Shown here piece after piece: positions 42,059 to 52,881 of a stretch of 64,000 nucleotides of DNA. Positions within the stretch are counted from its first letter, which is position 1, and the number at the start of each line of letters is the position of its first letter. The position numbers and the translations under genes were made by a program. The notes beneath the pieces are model-generated. The model ran no database searches and was not told the origin of the DNA. It saw only the letters and a list, made by a program, of their open reading frames with translations. Source of the stretch: Gammaproteobacteria bacterium (GTDB lineage Bacteria > Pseudomonadota > Gammaproteobacteria > CAJXQU01); the NCBI GenBank assembly GCA_965238175.1, contig CBDEGZ010000003.1, positions 1,152,001-1,216,000 of the forward strand, read 5' to 3'.

Positions 42059-42090
42059 AAAGCCCTGTTTTTGACAGGGCTTTTTTATTT
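42059..42090 (+). terminator. Intrinsic terminator
   Basis: aaagccctgt-tttt-gacagggcttttttattt. Confidence 0.8.
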
Positions 42091-42145
42091 TCCAGTTATT
42101 GCTGCTGCAAATGGACTTGGTGGGAAGAGGAGAACCTTAGAAACC

Positions 42146-43490
42146 TGATGTGATGGTCTCCTCCCCCTAACGGCATCTAGGTGCCATGATTGAACTGACA
42201 TACACACAATCAAAAGAGGAGAAGACCAAAATGAAGACTACAACAATCGGGTTAGACATAGCAAAAAACGTATTTCATGCTGTCTGCTGTAATCAACAAG
42301 GGCGTATAATCAAAAAGAAAATGTTAAAGCGAGCGCAGGTACTCTCCTTTTTTCAATCTCAACCTCCTTGTTTAGTCGCAATAGAATCTTGTGCAACGTC
42401 ACAGTATTGGGCCCGAGCGATACAACAACAGGGACATCAGGTGAAATTACTACCACCTCAGCATGTTAACGCATTTCTAATCGGCAATAAGAATGATTAT
42501 AACGATGCCTTGGCCATCGCCGTTGCTGCGAAACAACCTCATTTAAAAAGTGTGGGCATTAAATCAGTTGAGCAACAAGACAACCAGGCACAACATAAAG
42601 CAAGAGACTTAGCGGTCAGACAAAGAACCGCATTATGTAACCAAATGAGAGCGCTTGTTGCAGAATATGGCATTAGCCTTCGTCCCGGCCTAAATACCCT
42701 ACGTCAATCTATCCCGTTGCTATTAAGTGATGAGAACGAACGGTTGTCCGTTACTTTCAAAAGGATACTGCGCCAGCTAAAGGAACAATGGCAATCACTT
42801 GATGCCTGTATTGCGACATTTGACCAATTGATCATTCAATCGGCAAAAAACAATGCGATTTGCCAACGCTTACAAACTATTCCAGGGTTTGGGCCGATGG
42901 TCTCGAGCGCGTATTTTAATGAAGTGGGAAACGGCGCTCATTATCACAAAGGGCGCGATGTGTCCGCCTCATTAGGACTTGTTCCACGACAGTACAGTAG
43001 TGGTGGTAAAGAGGTGCTACTGGGGATCAGTAAACGCGGCAATAAATACCTTCGTTGTTTGTTAATTCTAGGCGCGAAGGCCGTGGTATCAAGAGCCAAA
43101 ACGAAAGGCGATAAACTGAGTCAATGGATTAATCGTTTAGTTGAGACGCGGGGGCATAATCGAGCGTGTGTGGCGTATGCCAACAAAATGGCAAGAATGG
43201 CCTGGGCTATAACGGTTTCTGGTGATGACTACTCACCGGCCTAAATAGAGAGAACAAATCATTTCAACGAATTGCGAAGGTAAAACTAAAGATGGCATAA
43301 CAGGTCAAACCAGCCTATTGAAAACCTGTCGAGCTCAGGGGTAACTAATACCGATAACCTGATAAGGAAAATAGGCGCGTAATACATCCAGGTCAGAAGT
43401 TGAAAACTTCATTGAAGGCCGTATATATGACAGCAATCCTGTCCCTGTTATCTGAATGTTTTATCTTGCAATACGGGAGGAGACCATATA
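42146..43490 (+). mobile_element. IS110 (IS1111) element, copy 3
   Basis: Same 1345-bp element; reconstructed target AAACC|TGAACTCGGGATAAG. Confidence 0.95.
42231..43244 (+). CDS. IS110 transposase
   Basis: Protein identical to copy 1. Confidence 0.96.
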   Translation: MKTTTIGLDIAKNVFHAVCCNQQGRIIKKKMLKRAQVLSFFQSQPPCLVAIESCATSQYWARAIQQQGHQVKLLPPQHVNAFLIGNKNDYNDALAIAVAAKQPHLKSVGIKSVEQQDNQAQHKARDLAVRQRTALCNQMRALVAEYGISLRPGLNTLRQSIPLLLSDENERLSVTFKRILRQLKEQWQSLDACIATFDQLIIQSAKNNAICQRLQTIPGFGPMVSSAYFNEVGNGAHYHKGRDVSASLGLVPRQYSSGGKEVLLGISKRGNKYLRCLLILGAKAVVSRAKTKGDKLSQWINRLVETRGHNRACVAYANKMARMAWAITVSGDDYSPA

Positions 43491-43635
43491 TGAACTCGGG
43501 ATAAGAAATACTGCGTAGGTTATGCAAAGCCTAGCGTATCAACGTTTCTGAGAGCCCAGTTCTCTGCTAGTTTTGTCTTAGTTTATCAATCTAAATCTAT
43601 TAACACTATGATTTAGTAGGTTTTTAACCTACTTA

Positions 43636-44365
43636 GTCAGCCCTAAAAAACAAACTCATTGAATATATTAACTAAAGATTCAGTAACAAGATGACCGAAT
43701 CGACCAGCGATAATAAAATGAAAGCTCCTTCTCTAGTCGAAATGCTGAATAAATGCTGACCAAAAGCCATACGGGTGGTTTTCAACCGAATTTGATTGGG
43801 AATGAGACTTACTTCAACTACTAACTCCCTCTACCCCTTTACTAGTGCTATCCGCCCGCAATTCCCTGGCATGACTTTGAGCAAGCCCTTGCCAAGCACT
43901 ACACTCAGGGATTTAGCTATATGGCAGCAAAATCTCCATTGCCAGCACAGCGAAGGGCAATATCATCGTTGGTACAATGAGTCACTTACAGAGCCTGCAT
44001 GACAGCCATACTTTACTGTCGTAGTGATGCATATCGAAACGTTACGGGGCAAAGTCGTTCACACAGCTGTTTGTGTTCGAGACTATCGAAGCCATCATTG
44101 GCTATCTGAAATCAGATTTTCGGATATCAAGAAACTTCCTCAAAGGTATATCAGGCAATGAAATTAATCTGCTAATGGCACTGTCTGGAACTTGAAGAAA
44201 TGGCTAGTCGCCATTTATCTGGCCTTATTTTTGTGGCTTAAAAGGAATGCTATACAGAATCAAAATCAACCCAGCATCAATGCAACGTTAAATCGAGGTT
44301 GCTCAGAGCCAAAGGCTTCTCTGGCAAATATCCATATCGTAAGTTGAAACTTTTTCAGGGGCGAT
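43636..44365 (+). mobile_element. Internally deleted IS5-family relic
   Basis: Fragments AIPWHDFEQALAKHY, SIASTAKGNIIVG, IEAIIGYLKSDFRISRNFLKG..INLLMA..WNLKKWL; imperfect TIR GTCAGCCCTAAAAAA / ATCGCCCCTGAAAAA; flanking DR TACTTA. Confidence 0.8.
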
Positions 44366-44438
44366 TACTTAGCTAAAAAATTAGTTAAAAATCACAGTCA
44401 ATAAATCAAAAGCGGGTAATGCGCTTTTTTAGTTTGAT

Positions 44439-45383
44439 TTAAACGCAAATTTCAACCATTTCTTCAGTAATTGTTGAGATGATCTCTTCTAGTTTTTCAT
44501 CAGCCAAATTATTTTTGACTTGACATGTGCCCGCATTTAGATGGCCACCACCGCCGTAGTTCAGACAAAGTTCGCCAATATTAATATCAGACGATCGATC
44601 GAGAATTGACTTACCAATTGCAAATACGGTGTTTTGTTGTTTCAACCCCCACATAACATGGATAGAAATATTGGTTTCAGGGAATAATGCATAGATCAGA
44701 AAGCGATTGGCTGTATAGATAGTTTTTTCCTCTCGCAGATCAAGCACAACCAAGTCGTTATGGACCGTAGAGCAACGTTGGATCTGTTGTTTCGCTTTTT
44801 CTTCATGATGTTTAAAAAGTGTGATGCGCTCCTGAACGTCAGGTAAATTCATGATTTCATCAATAGAGAGTGCCTTACACTTGTCGATCAGATCCATCAT
44901 TAATTGATAATTTGAAATCCTAAAATCATGGAAACGGCCAAGGCCTGTACGTGCATCCATCAGAAAGTTAAGTAATGGCCATCCTTCTGGGTTTAAAATT
45001 TCGTTTTTACTAAATTGTGCAGCATCACCCTTATCTACCGCTGCCATCATTTCTTGCCAGTCTGTAGGAAAACGAGCATCGCCACCGTAATAGTCGTATA
45101 CAACACGGGCTGCGGATGGTGCATCCGGATCAATAACGTGATTTTTTTTCTTATCGTTTCGAATGGTTTCACTTAGATGATGATCAAAAGCGATGTGTAC
45201 GCCTTCAACATAAGGAAGGTTTGTTGTAATGTCGTTATCGGTGATATTAATCTTGCCATCTTGCATATCTTTAGGGTGAACAAATTTTATTTCATTAACA
45301 ATATCTAATTCTTTTAGAAGCACGGCGCAGACGAGTCCGTCAAAGTCGCTTCTTGTTACTAGTCTGAAATTTAAATTGGTCAT
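44439..45383 (-). CDS. DHH-family phosphoesterase (NrnB/exopolyphosphatase-like)
   Basis: RSDFDG, FDHH, GGGHLNAGT. Confidence 0.85.
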   Translation of the reverse strand: MTNLNFRLVTRSDFDGLVCAVLLKELDIVNEIKFVHPKDMQDGKINITDNDITTNLPYVEGVHIAFDHHLSETIRNDKKKNHVIDPDAPSAARVVYDYYGGDARFPTDWQEMMAAVDKGDAAQFSKNEILNPEGWPLLNFLMDARTGLGRFHDFRISNYQLMMDLIDKCKALSIDEIMNLPDVQERITLFKHHEEKAKQQIQRCSTVHNDLVVLDLREEKTIYTANRFLIYALFPETNISIHVMWGLKQQNTVFAIGKSILDRSSDINIGELCLNYGGGGHLNAGTCQVKNNLADEKLEEIISTITEEMVEICV

Positions 45384-45551
45384 ACCTATATCTCCTTGAA
45401 ATTATTTTCCTTGCTTATTTAGGCTATATCGGTAGGAAAGACAGAATCTTTAAGAGATTCTTACCATCAACGATTCTACTACTGATTTGGTGGACACAAA
45501 TCTATAGAATACGGATCAGTCATCATGTACAGTTTTTAAAGGACAAAATTA

Positions 45552-46049
45552 ATGGAAAAGAAATTCGAAAATTTACTTTACTTATCGCGTTGGTTGCTGG
45601 CGCCGATCTATTTTGGGTTGAGCTTTGCTTTACTCGCTTTATCAATAAAGTTTTTCCAGGAAATTGTTCATACACTGCCTCATATTCTCGAAATTAAAGA
45701 GGCAGATTTAGTGTTGTTAGTACTTTCTTTAGTGGATATTTCTCTCGTTGGTGGCCTATTGGTCATGGTGATGTTTAGTGGTTATGAAAACTTCGTTTCT
45801 CAGATAGACATAGAGGATGGAAAAGAAAAACTAAACTGGTTAGGTAAGTTGGATTCGGGCTCACTTAAGCAAAAAGTAGCAGCTTCTATTGTTGCCATTT
45901 CATCAATTCATTTGCTAAAAGCATTTATGAATGCTGATCAGATCGAGAACGATAAGTTAATGTGGTACGTGATAATGCATATGACCTTCGTCTTTTCAGC
46001 CATTGGAATGGCGTTTGTGGATAAGATGAATAGTAAGGTGGGTTACTAG
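45552..46049 (+). CDS. YqhA/UPF0114 (TIGR00645) membrane protein
   Basis: [37 protein letters not shown]. Confidence 0.9.
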   Translation: MEKKFENLLYLSRWLLAPIYFGLSFALLALSIKFFQEIVHTLPHILEIKEADLVLLVLSLVDISLVGGLLVMVMFSGYENFVSQIDIEDGKEKLNWLGKLDSGSLKQKVAASIVAISSIHLLKAFMNADQIENDKLMWYVIMHMTFVFSAIGMAFVDKMNSKVGY

Positions 46050-46074
46050 AAGATAGCCTATACAATCTTTGTTT

Positions 46075-48576
46075 CTAGACGTCATAGAGGAAGTGCTGAA
46101 AACCTACGAATACTTCACGTATTGCTGTGGGTGATCCAAGCATACCGGTAGCATCGCTGATCGTGTTGTATTTTAGCTCAAGTATGCTTTTCATCTTACT
46201 CACTGATAATTCGTTAACGCCATCATTAATATATCGTTTTAGTATAAATTCAATAAAGGCTTGTTGGTTATATTCCGCGAAGTTCTGATTAATATGGGGT
46301 TTTGCTTGTTTTACACGCTGCTGACGAGAGCGTGTTTCAGTAGCGTAGGCGACATAAGCGAGCACATCGAAAACGTCACTATTTCTAGCATCGATCAGTT
46401 CTTTCATACTCTCAAGTTTTTCATTGTCATAACCCGCTTCTGAAAGGTCATGTAATAATCTTTCACGAGTTTCAGGATCACCCCATATTTTACGCAAACG
46501 ATCTTCCGTTTCAAAAAATTGCGGTAAGTCATCAAACATTCGTTCGACAAACTCTTTTGCTGTAATAGGTTTTCCTTCAGAACTCCAATACATTACCGAG
46601 GATATATGCAGGATCTGACGCGCTTTTCCATCACTCAATTTTATAACTATTTTCTCAAAACAAGTGCAAGGTTTATTCCCACACTCAGAACAAGACTGTG
46701 ATTCGCATAAACAGGGCTTGTTACCACACACGTCGCAGGCTTGTTTACCACAGCTGCAAGGATCATTTCCGCACTCAACACATAAATCTTTATCGCAATT
46801 GCATGGGCTAAAACCACACTCGCTACAAGGCGCTTCACAATTGCACGGTGCATTACCGCATTCACTACAAGATTCTGGCGGTAGCGGTTCATCATCCCAC
46901 TCAGGATCAGCAAAGTTATGATGCGCTTTTACAAAATCGAATACCGTGAAAAAATCTTTACCCTCAAACAGTCGAGTACCGCGCCCAACAATTTGCTTAA
47001 ACTCGATCATATTATTGCAGGGTCGCATTAAAACAATATTGCGTATATTTCTGGCATCCACTCCCGTGGAGAGTTTGCGCGAAGTGGTCAAAATTGTAGG
47101 AATAGTTTTCTCGTTATCCTGAAATATTCTTAAATCTTTCTCACCCGCTTTGCCATCATTAGCGGTAACACGCACACAGTAATCTGTATTACTTGTCCAG
47201 CCATGCTTAACTGCATATTGATTGACAAAATCGCGCACTGTTCCGGCATGTTCTTGCGTTGCACAAAAGACGATCGTTTTCTGCTGAGGGTTAATCCGAT
47301 CCATCCAATAGTGCACACGTTTTTCTTCACGTTCTGGAATCGTAATTGTTCGATTAAAATCAGCCTCTTTATAAACCTTTCCCGGTTCAGGATCGCCCTG
47401 AATCACCACGCCATCATTAGGGGTATACACATACTCATCCATCGTCCCGACAATAGGATAGACCTTAAACGGCGTTAAGAAACCATCGTTAATACCTTGT
47501 TTTAAGGTGTAGCTATAAACCGGCTCGCCGAAGTATGTGTAGGTATCCACATTATCTTTGCGTTTTGGTGTCGCGGTTAAACCTAACTGCACGGCAGGGG
47601 CAAAATAATTGAGTACATCGCGCCAACTACTCTCATCTCTGGCTCCGCCACGGTGGCATTCATCAATAATAATAAAATCAAAAAAATCCTTTGGATAATC
47701 ACCGTAATATTCTGTCGGATTTCCCTTTTGATCTTTAGGGCCAGACATAAAGGTTTGGAAGATAGTAAAGAACACACTGGCATTTTTAGGTACACGACCT
47801 TTCTTTTTGATCTCGTCTGGCGCAATACGCACAATGGCGTCTTCACCGAAAGATCCGAAATCGTTAAACGCCTGATTAGCGAGAATATTCCGATCAGCTA
47901 AGAATAATATTCGAGGGCGACGTGTAGCTTCATCTGGCGTTTTATGGGCAGTTAAACTCCAACGGCTGTGAAACAACTTCCAGGCAATTTGAAAAGCGAT
48001 GGCGGTTTTACCTGTCCCTGTCGCCAGCGTTAATAAAATCCGCTGTTCTCCTTTTGCAATAGATTCCAGCGCATTATTGATCGCGTTTTCCTGATAATAA
48101 CGCGGCGCCCAACTACCGCTTTTAGTCTCGCAAGGAATCGTAGAAAAACGTTTGCGCCAACCACTAGCGAAATCAGGTTCAGTTTTTCCGAAGGTTAAGG
48201 CCCAACACTGATCGGGAGAAAGAGAATCATCGACTAACTTTTCTTCACCGGAGATCAAATCTATCTGATAAATCTGATCACCATTTGTCGCATAGGCAAA
48301 TCGACACTGCAAACGCTGGGCGTAATCTTTGGCCTGACGTACGCCCTCGACATAAGACAAGCTTTCTTTCTTCGCTTCAACCGCAGCTAATTTGCGGCCT
48401 TGATACACCAACACATAATCACTGGTGACACTGTCGCTGCGTTGTCCACCTGTGATAATACGACCGGGACAGATTACCTCTCGACGAATAAAACTGTTTT
48501 CAACCACACCCCAACCGTTCGCCCGTAACTGCGGATCGATCAGATCAGCGCGGGTATCAGCTTCATTGCGTGGCAT
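46075..48576 (-). CDS. hsdR: Type I restriction enzyme R subunit (EcoAI/EcoEI, type IB-like) with Cys-rich insert
   Basis: D..VEAK nuclease motif, LATGTGKT, DECHR, GLTATP, QIVGRGTR. Confidence 0.95.
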   Translation of the reverse strand: MPRNEADTRADLIDPQLRANGWGVVENSFIRREVICPGRIITGGQRSDSVTSDYVLVYQGRKLAAVEAKKESLSYVEGVRQAKDYAQRLQCRFAYATNGDQIYQIDLISGEEKLVDDSLSPDQCWALTFGKTEPDFASGWRKRFSTIPCETKSGSWAPRYYQENAINNALESIAKGEQRILLTLATGTGKTAIAFQIAWKLFHSRWSLTAHKTPDEATRRPRILFLADRNILANQAFNDFGSFGEDAIVRIAPDEIKKKGRVPKNASVFFTIFQTFMSGPKDQKGNPTEYYGDYPKDFFDFIIIDECHRGGARDESSWRDVLNYFAPAVQLGLTATPKRKDNVDTYTYFGEPVYSYTLKQGINDGFLTPFKVYPIVGTMDEYVYTPNDGVVIQGDPEPGKVYKEADFNRTITIPEREEKRVHYWMDRINPQQKTIVFCATQEHAGTVRDFVNQYAVKHGWTSNTDYCVRVTANDGKAGEKDLRIFQDNEKTIPTILTTSRKLSTGVDARNIRNIVLMRPCNNMIEFKQIVGRGTRLFEGKDFFTVFDFVKAHHNFADPEWDDEPLPPESCSECGNAPCNCEAPCSECGFSPCNCDKDLCVECGNDPCSCGKQACDVCGNKPCLCESQSCSECGNKPCTCFEKIVIKLSDGKARQILHISSVMYWSSEGKPITAKEFVERMFDDLPQFFETEDRLRKIWGDPETRERLLHDLSEAGYDNEKLESMKELIDARNSDVFDVLAYVAYATETRSRQQRVKQAKPHINQNFAEYNQQAFIEFILKRYINDGVNELSVSKMKSILELKYNTISDATGMLGSPTAIREVFVGFQHFLYDV

Positions 48577-48591
48577 CAGATCGCGACTCCT

Positions 48592-49584
48592 TTAATCCTT
48601 TTCTTTTAACATATGCATAATTAAACGGATCAATGTTTCTTTTTGTTTTGGATCAGATTCCGCCACTAACAATGTCAATGCCGCCAGCCCAGTATCATTA
48701 ATCACCGGCTGGTTTTGATCATTCAATAAACGACCATTGCGGTGTAAAAAATCAACAAACAAAAAAGCACCGCTGCGTTTATTACCATCACTGAACGGAT
48801 GATTTTTCACCACAAAATAAAGAAGATGTGCGGCCTTACTTTCAATCGTCGGATAAGCGGCTTCACCAAACACACTTTGATCAAGGTTTCCAAATATAGA
48901 TGCTAGGCCATCTTCGCGCAAACGTGCGAACAGATCGGTTGCCTCGCCGCGTTTAATCAAAGATTGTTTCAACGTATTTAACGATTGCATCGCCTCGTCA
49001 ACACTGGGCAATACACCGCCAACCTGACCTTTAGGTTCGATCAACAAACCTTCATCGTACTGCTGCAACCACAGAAACGTTTGCGTATAACGGCTAACAA
49101 TTTCAACCAATCCACTGCCAGCTTCTGAGGTTAGCGACTCGGACTTAGCCGCTTTTTGGATCAGCGCAATTGCTTGTTGTAGTTCAGCGGCATTTTGAAC
49201 AAAACGTTGCTGGTTAATGGTGTAACCTTGTACGAGATGTTCGCGTAACGTTTTAGTTGCCCATATCCGAAACTGCGTGCCTTTTTTGGAGTTAACCCGA
49301 TAACCAACGGAAATGATCGCATCCAGATTGTAGTGATCAACATCACGTTCAACCTGCCGTTTTCCTTCAGTTTGAACTATCCGGAATTTCCGGGTAGTTG
49401 GTTCAGACTCCAGTTCTTGTTCTTTATAGATATTTTTTAAATGTTCGTTGACCGTACGTACGTCTTTATCAAACAACTCAGCCATCTGTTTTTGATTTAA
49501 CCAAATCGTTTCCTGATCACTATCAAAGCGAACTTCTACATCCTGTCCTTCTTGCTGATAAATTAATAGCTGATTATTCATCAT
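48592..49584 (-). CDS. RhuM-Fic/DOC fusion protein
   Basis: ETIWLNQKQMAELF, YNLDAIISVGYRVNS, HPFSDGNKR. Confidence 0.92.
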   Translation of the reverse strand: MMNNQLLIYQQEGQDVEVRFDSDQETIWLNQKQMAELFDKDVRTVNEHLKNIYKEQELESEPTTRKFRIVQTEGKRQVERDVDHYNLDAIISVGYRVNSKKGTQFRIWATKTLREHLVQGYTINQQRFVQNAAELQQAIALIQKAAKSESLTSEAGSGLVEIVSRYTQTFLWLQQYDEGLLIEPKGQVGGVLPSVDEAMQSLNTLKQSLIKRGEATDLFARLREDGLASIFGNLDQSVFGEAAYPTIESKAAHLLYFVVKNHPFSDGNKRSGAFLFVDFLHRNGRLLNDQNQPVINDTGLAALTLLVAESDPKQKETLIRLIMHMLKEKD

Positions 49585-49609
49585 TTTACTCCTTGTTGAT
49601 GTTGAGTAC

Positions 49610-50845
49610 TCATGCGGCGTGTTGTCCTTTGTTTTGGTTTTTATCGGTAGTTAGCTGTCCGGTGAAGGCTTTTTGCAGGATGGATTTTTTTAGTTCGTCG
49701 AGAGACTTTAATTTATTAGAATAGACTTGCTCTAACAGTGATACTTGATATTTAGTTTTTAGAAGAGCATCAACATCAGCCCGCTGCTGATCTATTCTTG
49801 GTAGCTCACTGATAGCTAATTGTCGAATATCTTTCATGTTAACGTGTTGAACAGTTGCACCTGTTGAATAAGCCAAAAGCCTATTTTGCATAATCGGGTG
49901 TAACAACAAAAAAGCTAAATAACGAGAATCGATAATATTACTCATGGGGCGTATTAGAACAGTCCTCTGGCCTAGGCATACTTGCTCCCTACTTGGGATT
50001 ACGCCGACATTACCCGCTGGTGCTTCACGAGCAAGTATCAAGTCACCCGATTGTGGCACAGCTCTCTTCGTCCACAGTTCATATGTTTTTTTTGAAACCC
50101 GTCTCACATTATCGAGTATTAACTCACCTTTACCAATGTTTGGTGTTCGTATTGACGGAAACCCTTCATCTTGAGTTGGTGCAGTTTTATGCTCACAATC
50201 AACTATAAGATCAGTGATACATGAAAGCGTTTGTTTAGGAATCTTTGAGCAAATAGCTAAGAGACGCTCATTTAAACAATTTTCAAACAGTTCACGGACA
50301 TTTTTGAGATTTTGTTCGGCATTAGCGCGAGCTTTGTCGATGTCAGCAAAGGCTTGATCGAGAATAGCGACGATGCGTTTTTGTTCGGGGAGTGGTATTA
50401 GTGGAATTTTTACGCCACTTACCAAGTCAATATTTAAGTTCCTTACAGTTGATCCCGCAGCCAACGAATCAAATTGTTGAAAAATAAATTGGGAACCAAG
50501 AATATGATAGAGAAAGTCTTGATCAATACTTTTATCTTTGGCTTTTAGCACCAACCACCCATCATGAATACAGCCCGGTGTTCCCATAATGTATGGTCTT
50601 CCAAAGCTCATTGAGTTTGATAATATGAAGTCTCCCTCATCTACCAGCCGTGATCGTTGGATACCTTCTGGAATGATTTTTTGTTTTGTTTCGAAAATAT
50701 ACTTTCCACTTGCGGTTGCGTCGCCAATTTTTATCCAATTAATTCCTTCAGGGTCATCAGTGATAAATTTATTGATTGGCCTAGGTGAGCCTCCTCTAGC
50801 AATACTGTAAAGACTATCGAGCCGAACTAAAGGCCATTCCATCAC
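49610..50845 (-). CDS. hsdS: Type I R-M specificity subunit
   Basis: Two TRDs, PLPEQKRIV, LKKSILQKAFTGQL. Confidence 0.95.
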   Translation of the reverse strand: MMEWPLVRLDSLYSIARGGSPRPINKFITDDPEGINWIKIGDATASGKYIFETKQKIIPEGIQRSRLVDEGDFILSNSMSFGRPYIMGTPGCIHDGWLVLKAKDKSIDQDFLYHILGSQFIFQQFDSLAAGSTVRNLNIDLVSGVKIPLIPLPEQKRIVAILDQAFADIDKARANAEQNLKNVRELFENCLNERLLAICSKIPKQTLSCITDLIVDCEHKTAPTQDEGFPSIRTPNIGKGELILDNVRRVSKKTYELWTKRAVPQSGDLILAREAPAGNVGVIPSREQVCLGQRTVLIRPMSNIIDSRYLAFLLLHPIMQNRLLAYSTGATVQHVNMKDIRQLAISELPRIDQQRADVDALLKTKYQVSLLEQVYSNKLKSLDELKKSILQKAFTGQLTTDKNQNKGQHAA

Positions 50846-52296
50846 AGCAATCCTTGAATATTTTTCAGAATTCTTTCACTCTCTTTATCCAATGCGATAA
50901 TTTCTTCAATAATTACCGCTGGTTCGCGCAACACAACCTCATCATCCACATTCGGGTTTTTAACCGATAAATCCCAAGTTGTAGTATCAAGATCATTTAC
51001 ATTCAGTGACCATGATTGATCAGAATCTGCAAAGGTTTTTTGCAGATCAACAAAGTCTTTTAGATCATTATCATTAAGTGGATTGGTTTTGCCCAGGCTA
51101 CGGCCAACATCTAATTGATAGAACCAGACTTTTTGCGTAGGCACACCTTTTTCAAAAAACAGCACAACGGTTTTTACACCGGCACCGAGAAATGTTTTAG
51201 CTGGGCAATCAAGAACCGTATGCAGGTTACAGTTTTCGAGTAATTCTTTTCGTAATGCAATCGCGGCGTTATCGGTATTGGATAGAAATGTATTTTTGAT
51301 CACAATCGCGGCACGGCCACCAGCTTTGAGCATTTTGATAAAATGCTGCAAAAACAAAAAGGCAGTTTCGCCCGTTTTGATCGGGAAGTTTTGTTGGACT
51401 TCTTTACGCTCTTTTCCGCCGAAGGGTGGGTTGGCTAAAATAATATCGTGACGCTCGCTTTGTTGAATATCCGCCAGGTTTTCGCCCAGTGTATTGGTAT
51501 GGATCACATTCGGCGCTTCAACGCCATGCAGGATCATATTCATAATCGCGATCACGTAGGCGAGCGATTTCTTCTCTTTGGCGTAAAAGGTTTTTTCTTG
51601 CAGGGTTTTTAGATCGCTGGTGGATAAACCTTCGCGCTGTCTTAAATAATCAAACGCTTCACATAAAAATCCTGCCGATCCTGCTGCGCCGTCATAAATG
51701 GTTTCACCAATTTTCGGTTGCACTATATCGATCATGGCACGGATCAGTGGGCGCGGTGTGTAGTATTCGCCGCCGTTACGACCGGCATTGCCCATGTTTT
51801 TGATCTTGGTTTCGTAGAGGTGTGACAGTTCGTGCTTTTCTTCTTGTGAACGAAAACGTAGTTCGTCGATCTTTTCTAACGCGTCACGTAGGGAATAACC
51901 GCTTTGGATCTTGTTTTTGATCTCACCGAATATTTCGCCAATTTTATATTCAATTGTATCGGGACTTTCAGCGCGTTGTTTAAACCCTTTCAGATATGGG
52001 AATAGTTCACCATCGACATAGTCCATCAAGTCACTGCCGGTTAATGCATTATTATGATCAAAGTTACTATCAGTATCTTTGGGTGCGGCCCAGGTGTCCC
52101 AACGGTGTTCGTTGTCAATAATGTATTGGTATTCTTTGTTTAACAGTTGGGCTTCAAGTGATTTTTCATGTTCCAGATCGTCGAGGTACTTGAGGAACAA
52201 CATCCACGAGGTCTGTTCTGTGTAATCCAGTTCACTGGAACATCCAGCATCTTTGCGCAGAATGTCGTCAATGTTTTTGAAGGTTTGTTCAAACAT
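50842..52296 (-). CDS. hsdM: Type I R-M methyltransferase
   Basis: GEYYTPR, DGAAGSAGFL, NPPF. Confidence 0.96.
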   Translation of the reverse strand: MFEQTFKNIDDILRKDAGCSSELDYTEQTSWMLFLKYLDDLEHEKSLEAQLLNKEYQYIIDNEHRWDTWAAPKDTDSNFDHNNALTGSDLMDYVDGELFPYLKGFKQRAESPDTIEYKIGEIFGEIKNKIQSGYSLRDALEKIDELRFRSQEEKHELSHLYETKIKNMGNAGRNGGEYYTPRPLIRAMIDIVQPKIGETIYDGAAGSAGFLCEAFDYLRQREGLSTSDLKTLQEKTFYAKEKKSLAYVIAIMNMILHGVEAPNVIHTNTLGENLADIQQSERHDIILANPPFGGKERKEVQQNFPIKTGETAFLFLQHFIKMLKAGGRAAIVIKNTFLSNTDNAAIALRKELLENCNLHTVLDCPAKTFLGAGVKTVVLFFEKGVPTQKVWFYQLDVGRSLGKTNPLNDNDLKDFVDLQKTFADSDQSWSLNVNDLDTTTWDLSVKNPNVDDEVVLREPAVIIEEIIALDKESERILKNIQGLL

Positions 52297-52331
52297 GTTT
52301 AATTTTCTAATTATTATTGAATTACTGAACC

Positions 52332-52360
52332 AAAAAAGGCTACATCATAGTAGCCTCTTT
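52332..52360 (-). terminator. ssb terminator
   Basis: aaaaaaggctac-atcata-gtagcct. Confidence 0.7.
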
Positions 52361-52392
52361 AGAGATAGAACTGAAATTTTAACTAGTTGTGT

Positions 52393-52881
52393 TTAAAACG
52401 GAATATCATCATCAAAATCATCTATCTGTGGAGCGGATGATGAAGGTGTTTGTTGTTGAGGCGTCTGCTGCTGAGACGCCTGATTTGAAGCTTGGTTAGG
52501 TGCTGCGTGTGGAGCCGATTCAAAATTAGCCGATGCTCCACCTTTGCTATCAAGCATTTGCATTTCGTTTCCTACAATTTCAGTGGTGTAGCGATCCTGG
52601 CCATTATTGTCTTGCCATTTGCGAGTTTGCAACCTTCCTTCAACATAAAGTTTTGATCCTTTATGCACGTATTGTTGAACAATTTCTGCCAGCTTGCCGA
52701 AGAAGACGACACGATGCCACTCGGTTTTTTCTTGTTGTTCGCCGGTTGTTTTGTCGCGCCATGTTTCACTGGTGGCCATATTGATATTTGCCATCGCACT
52801 GCCGCTGGATGTATAGCGGACTTCGGGTTCGGCTCCGAGATTGCCGATGATCATTACTTTGTTGAGTCCTCTGGACGCCAT
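52393..52881 (-). CDS. ssb: Single-stranded DNA-binding protein
   Basis: [23 protein letters not shown]-terminal DFDDDIPF. Confidence 0.98.
   Translation of the reverse strand: MASRGLNKVMIIGNLGAEPEVRYTSSGSAMANINMATSETWRDKTTGEQQEKTEWHRVVFFGKLAEIVQQYVHKGSKLYVEGRLQTRKWQDNNGQDRYTTEIVGNEMQMLDSKGGASANFESAPHAAPNQASNQASQQQTPQQQTPSSSAPQIDDFDDDIPF

Noticed and set aside
46647-46921. Repetitive overlapping ORFs at the HsdR Cys region
   Set aside because: Alternative-frame and antisense shadows of the CxxC repeats.
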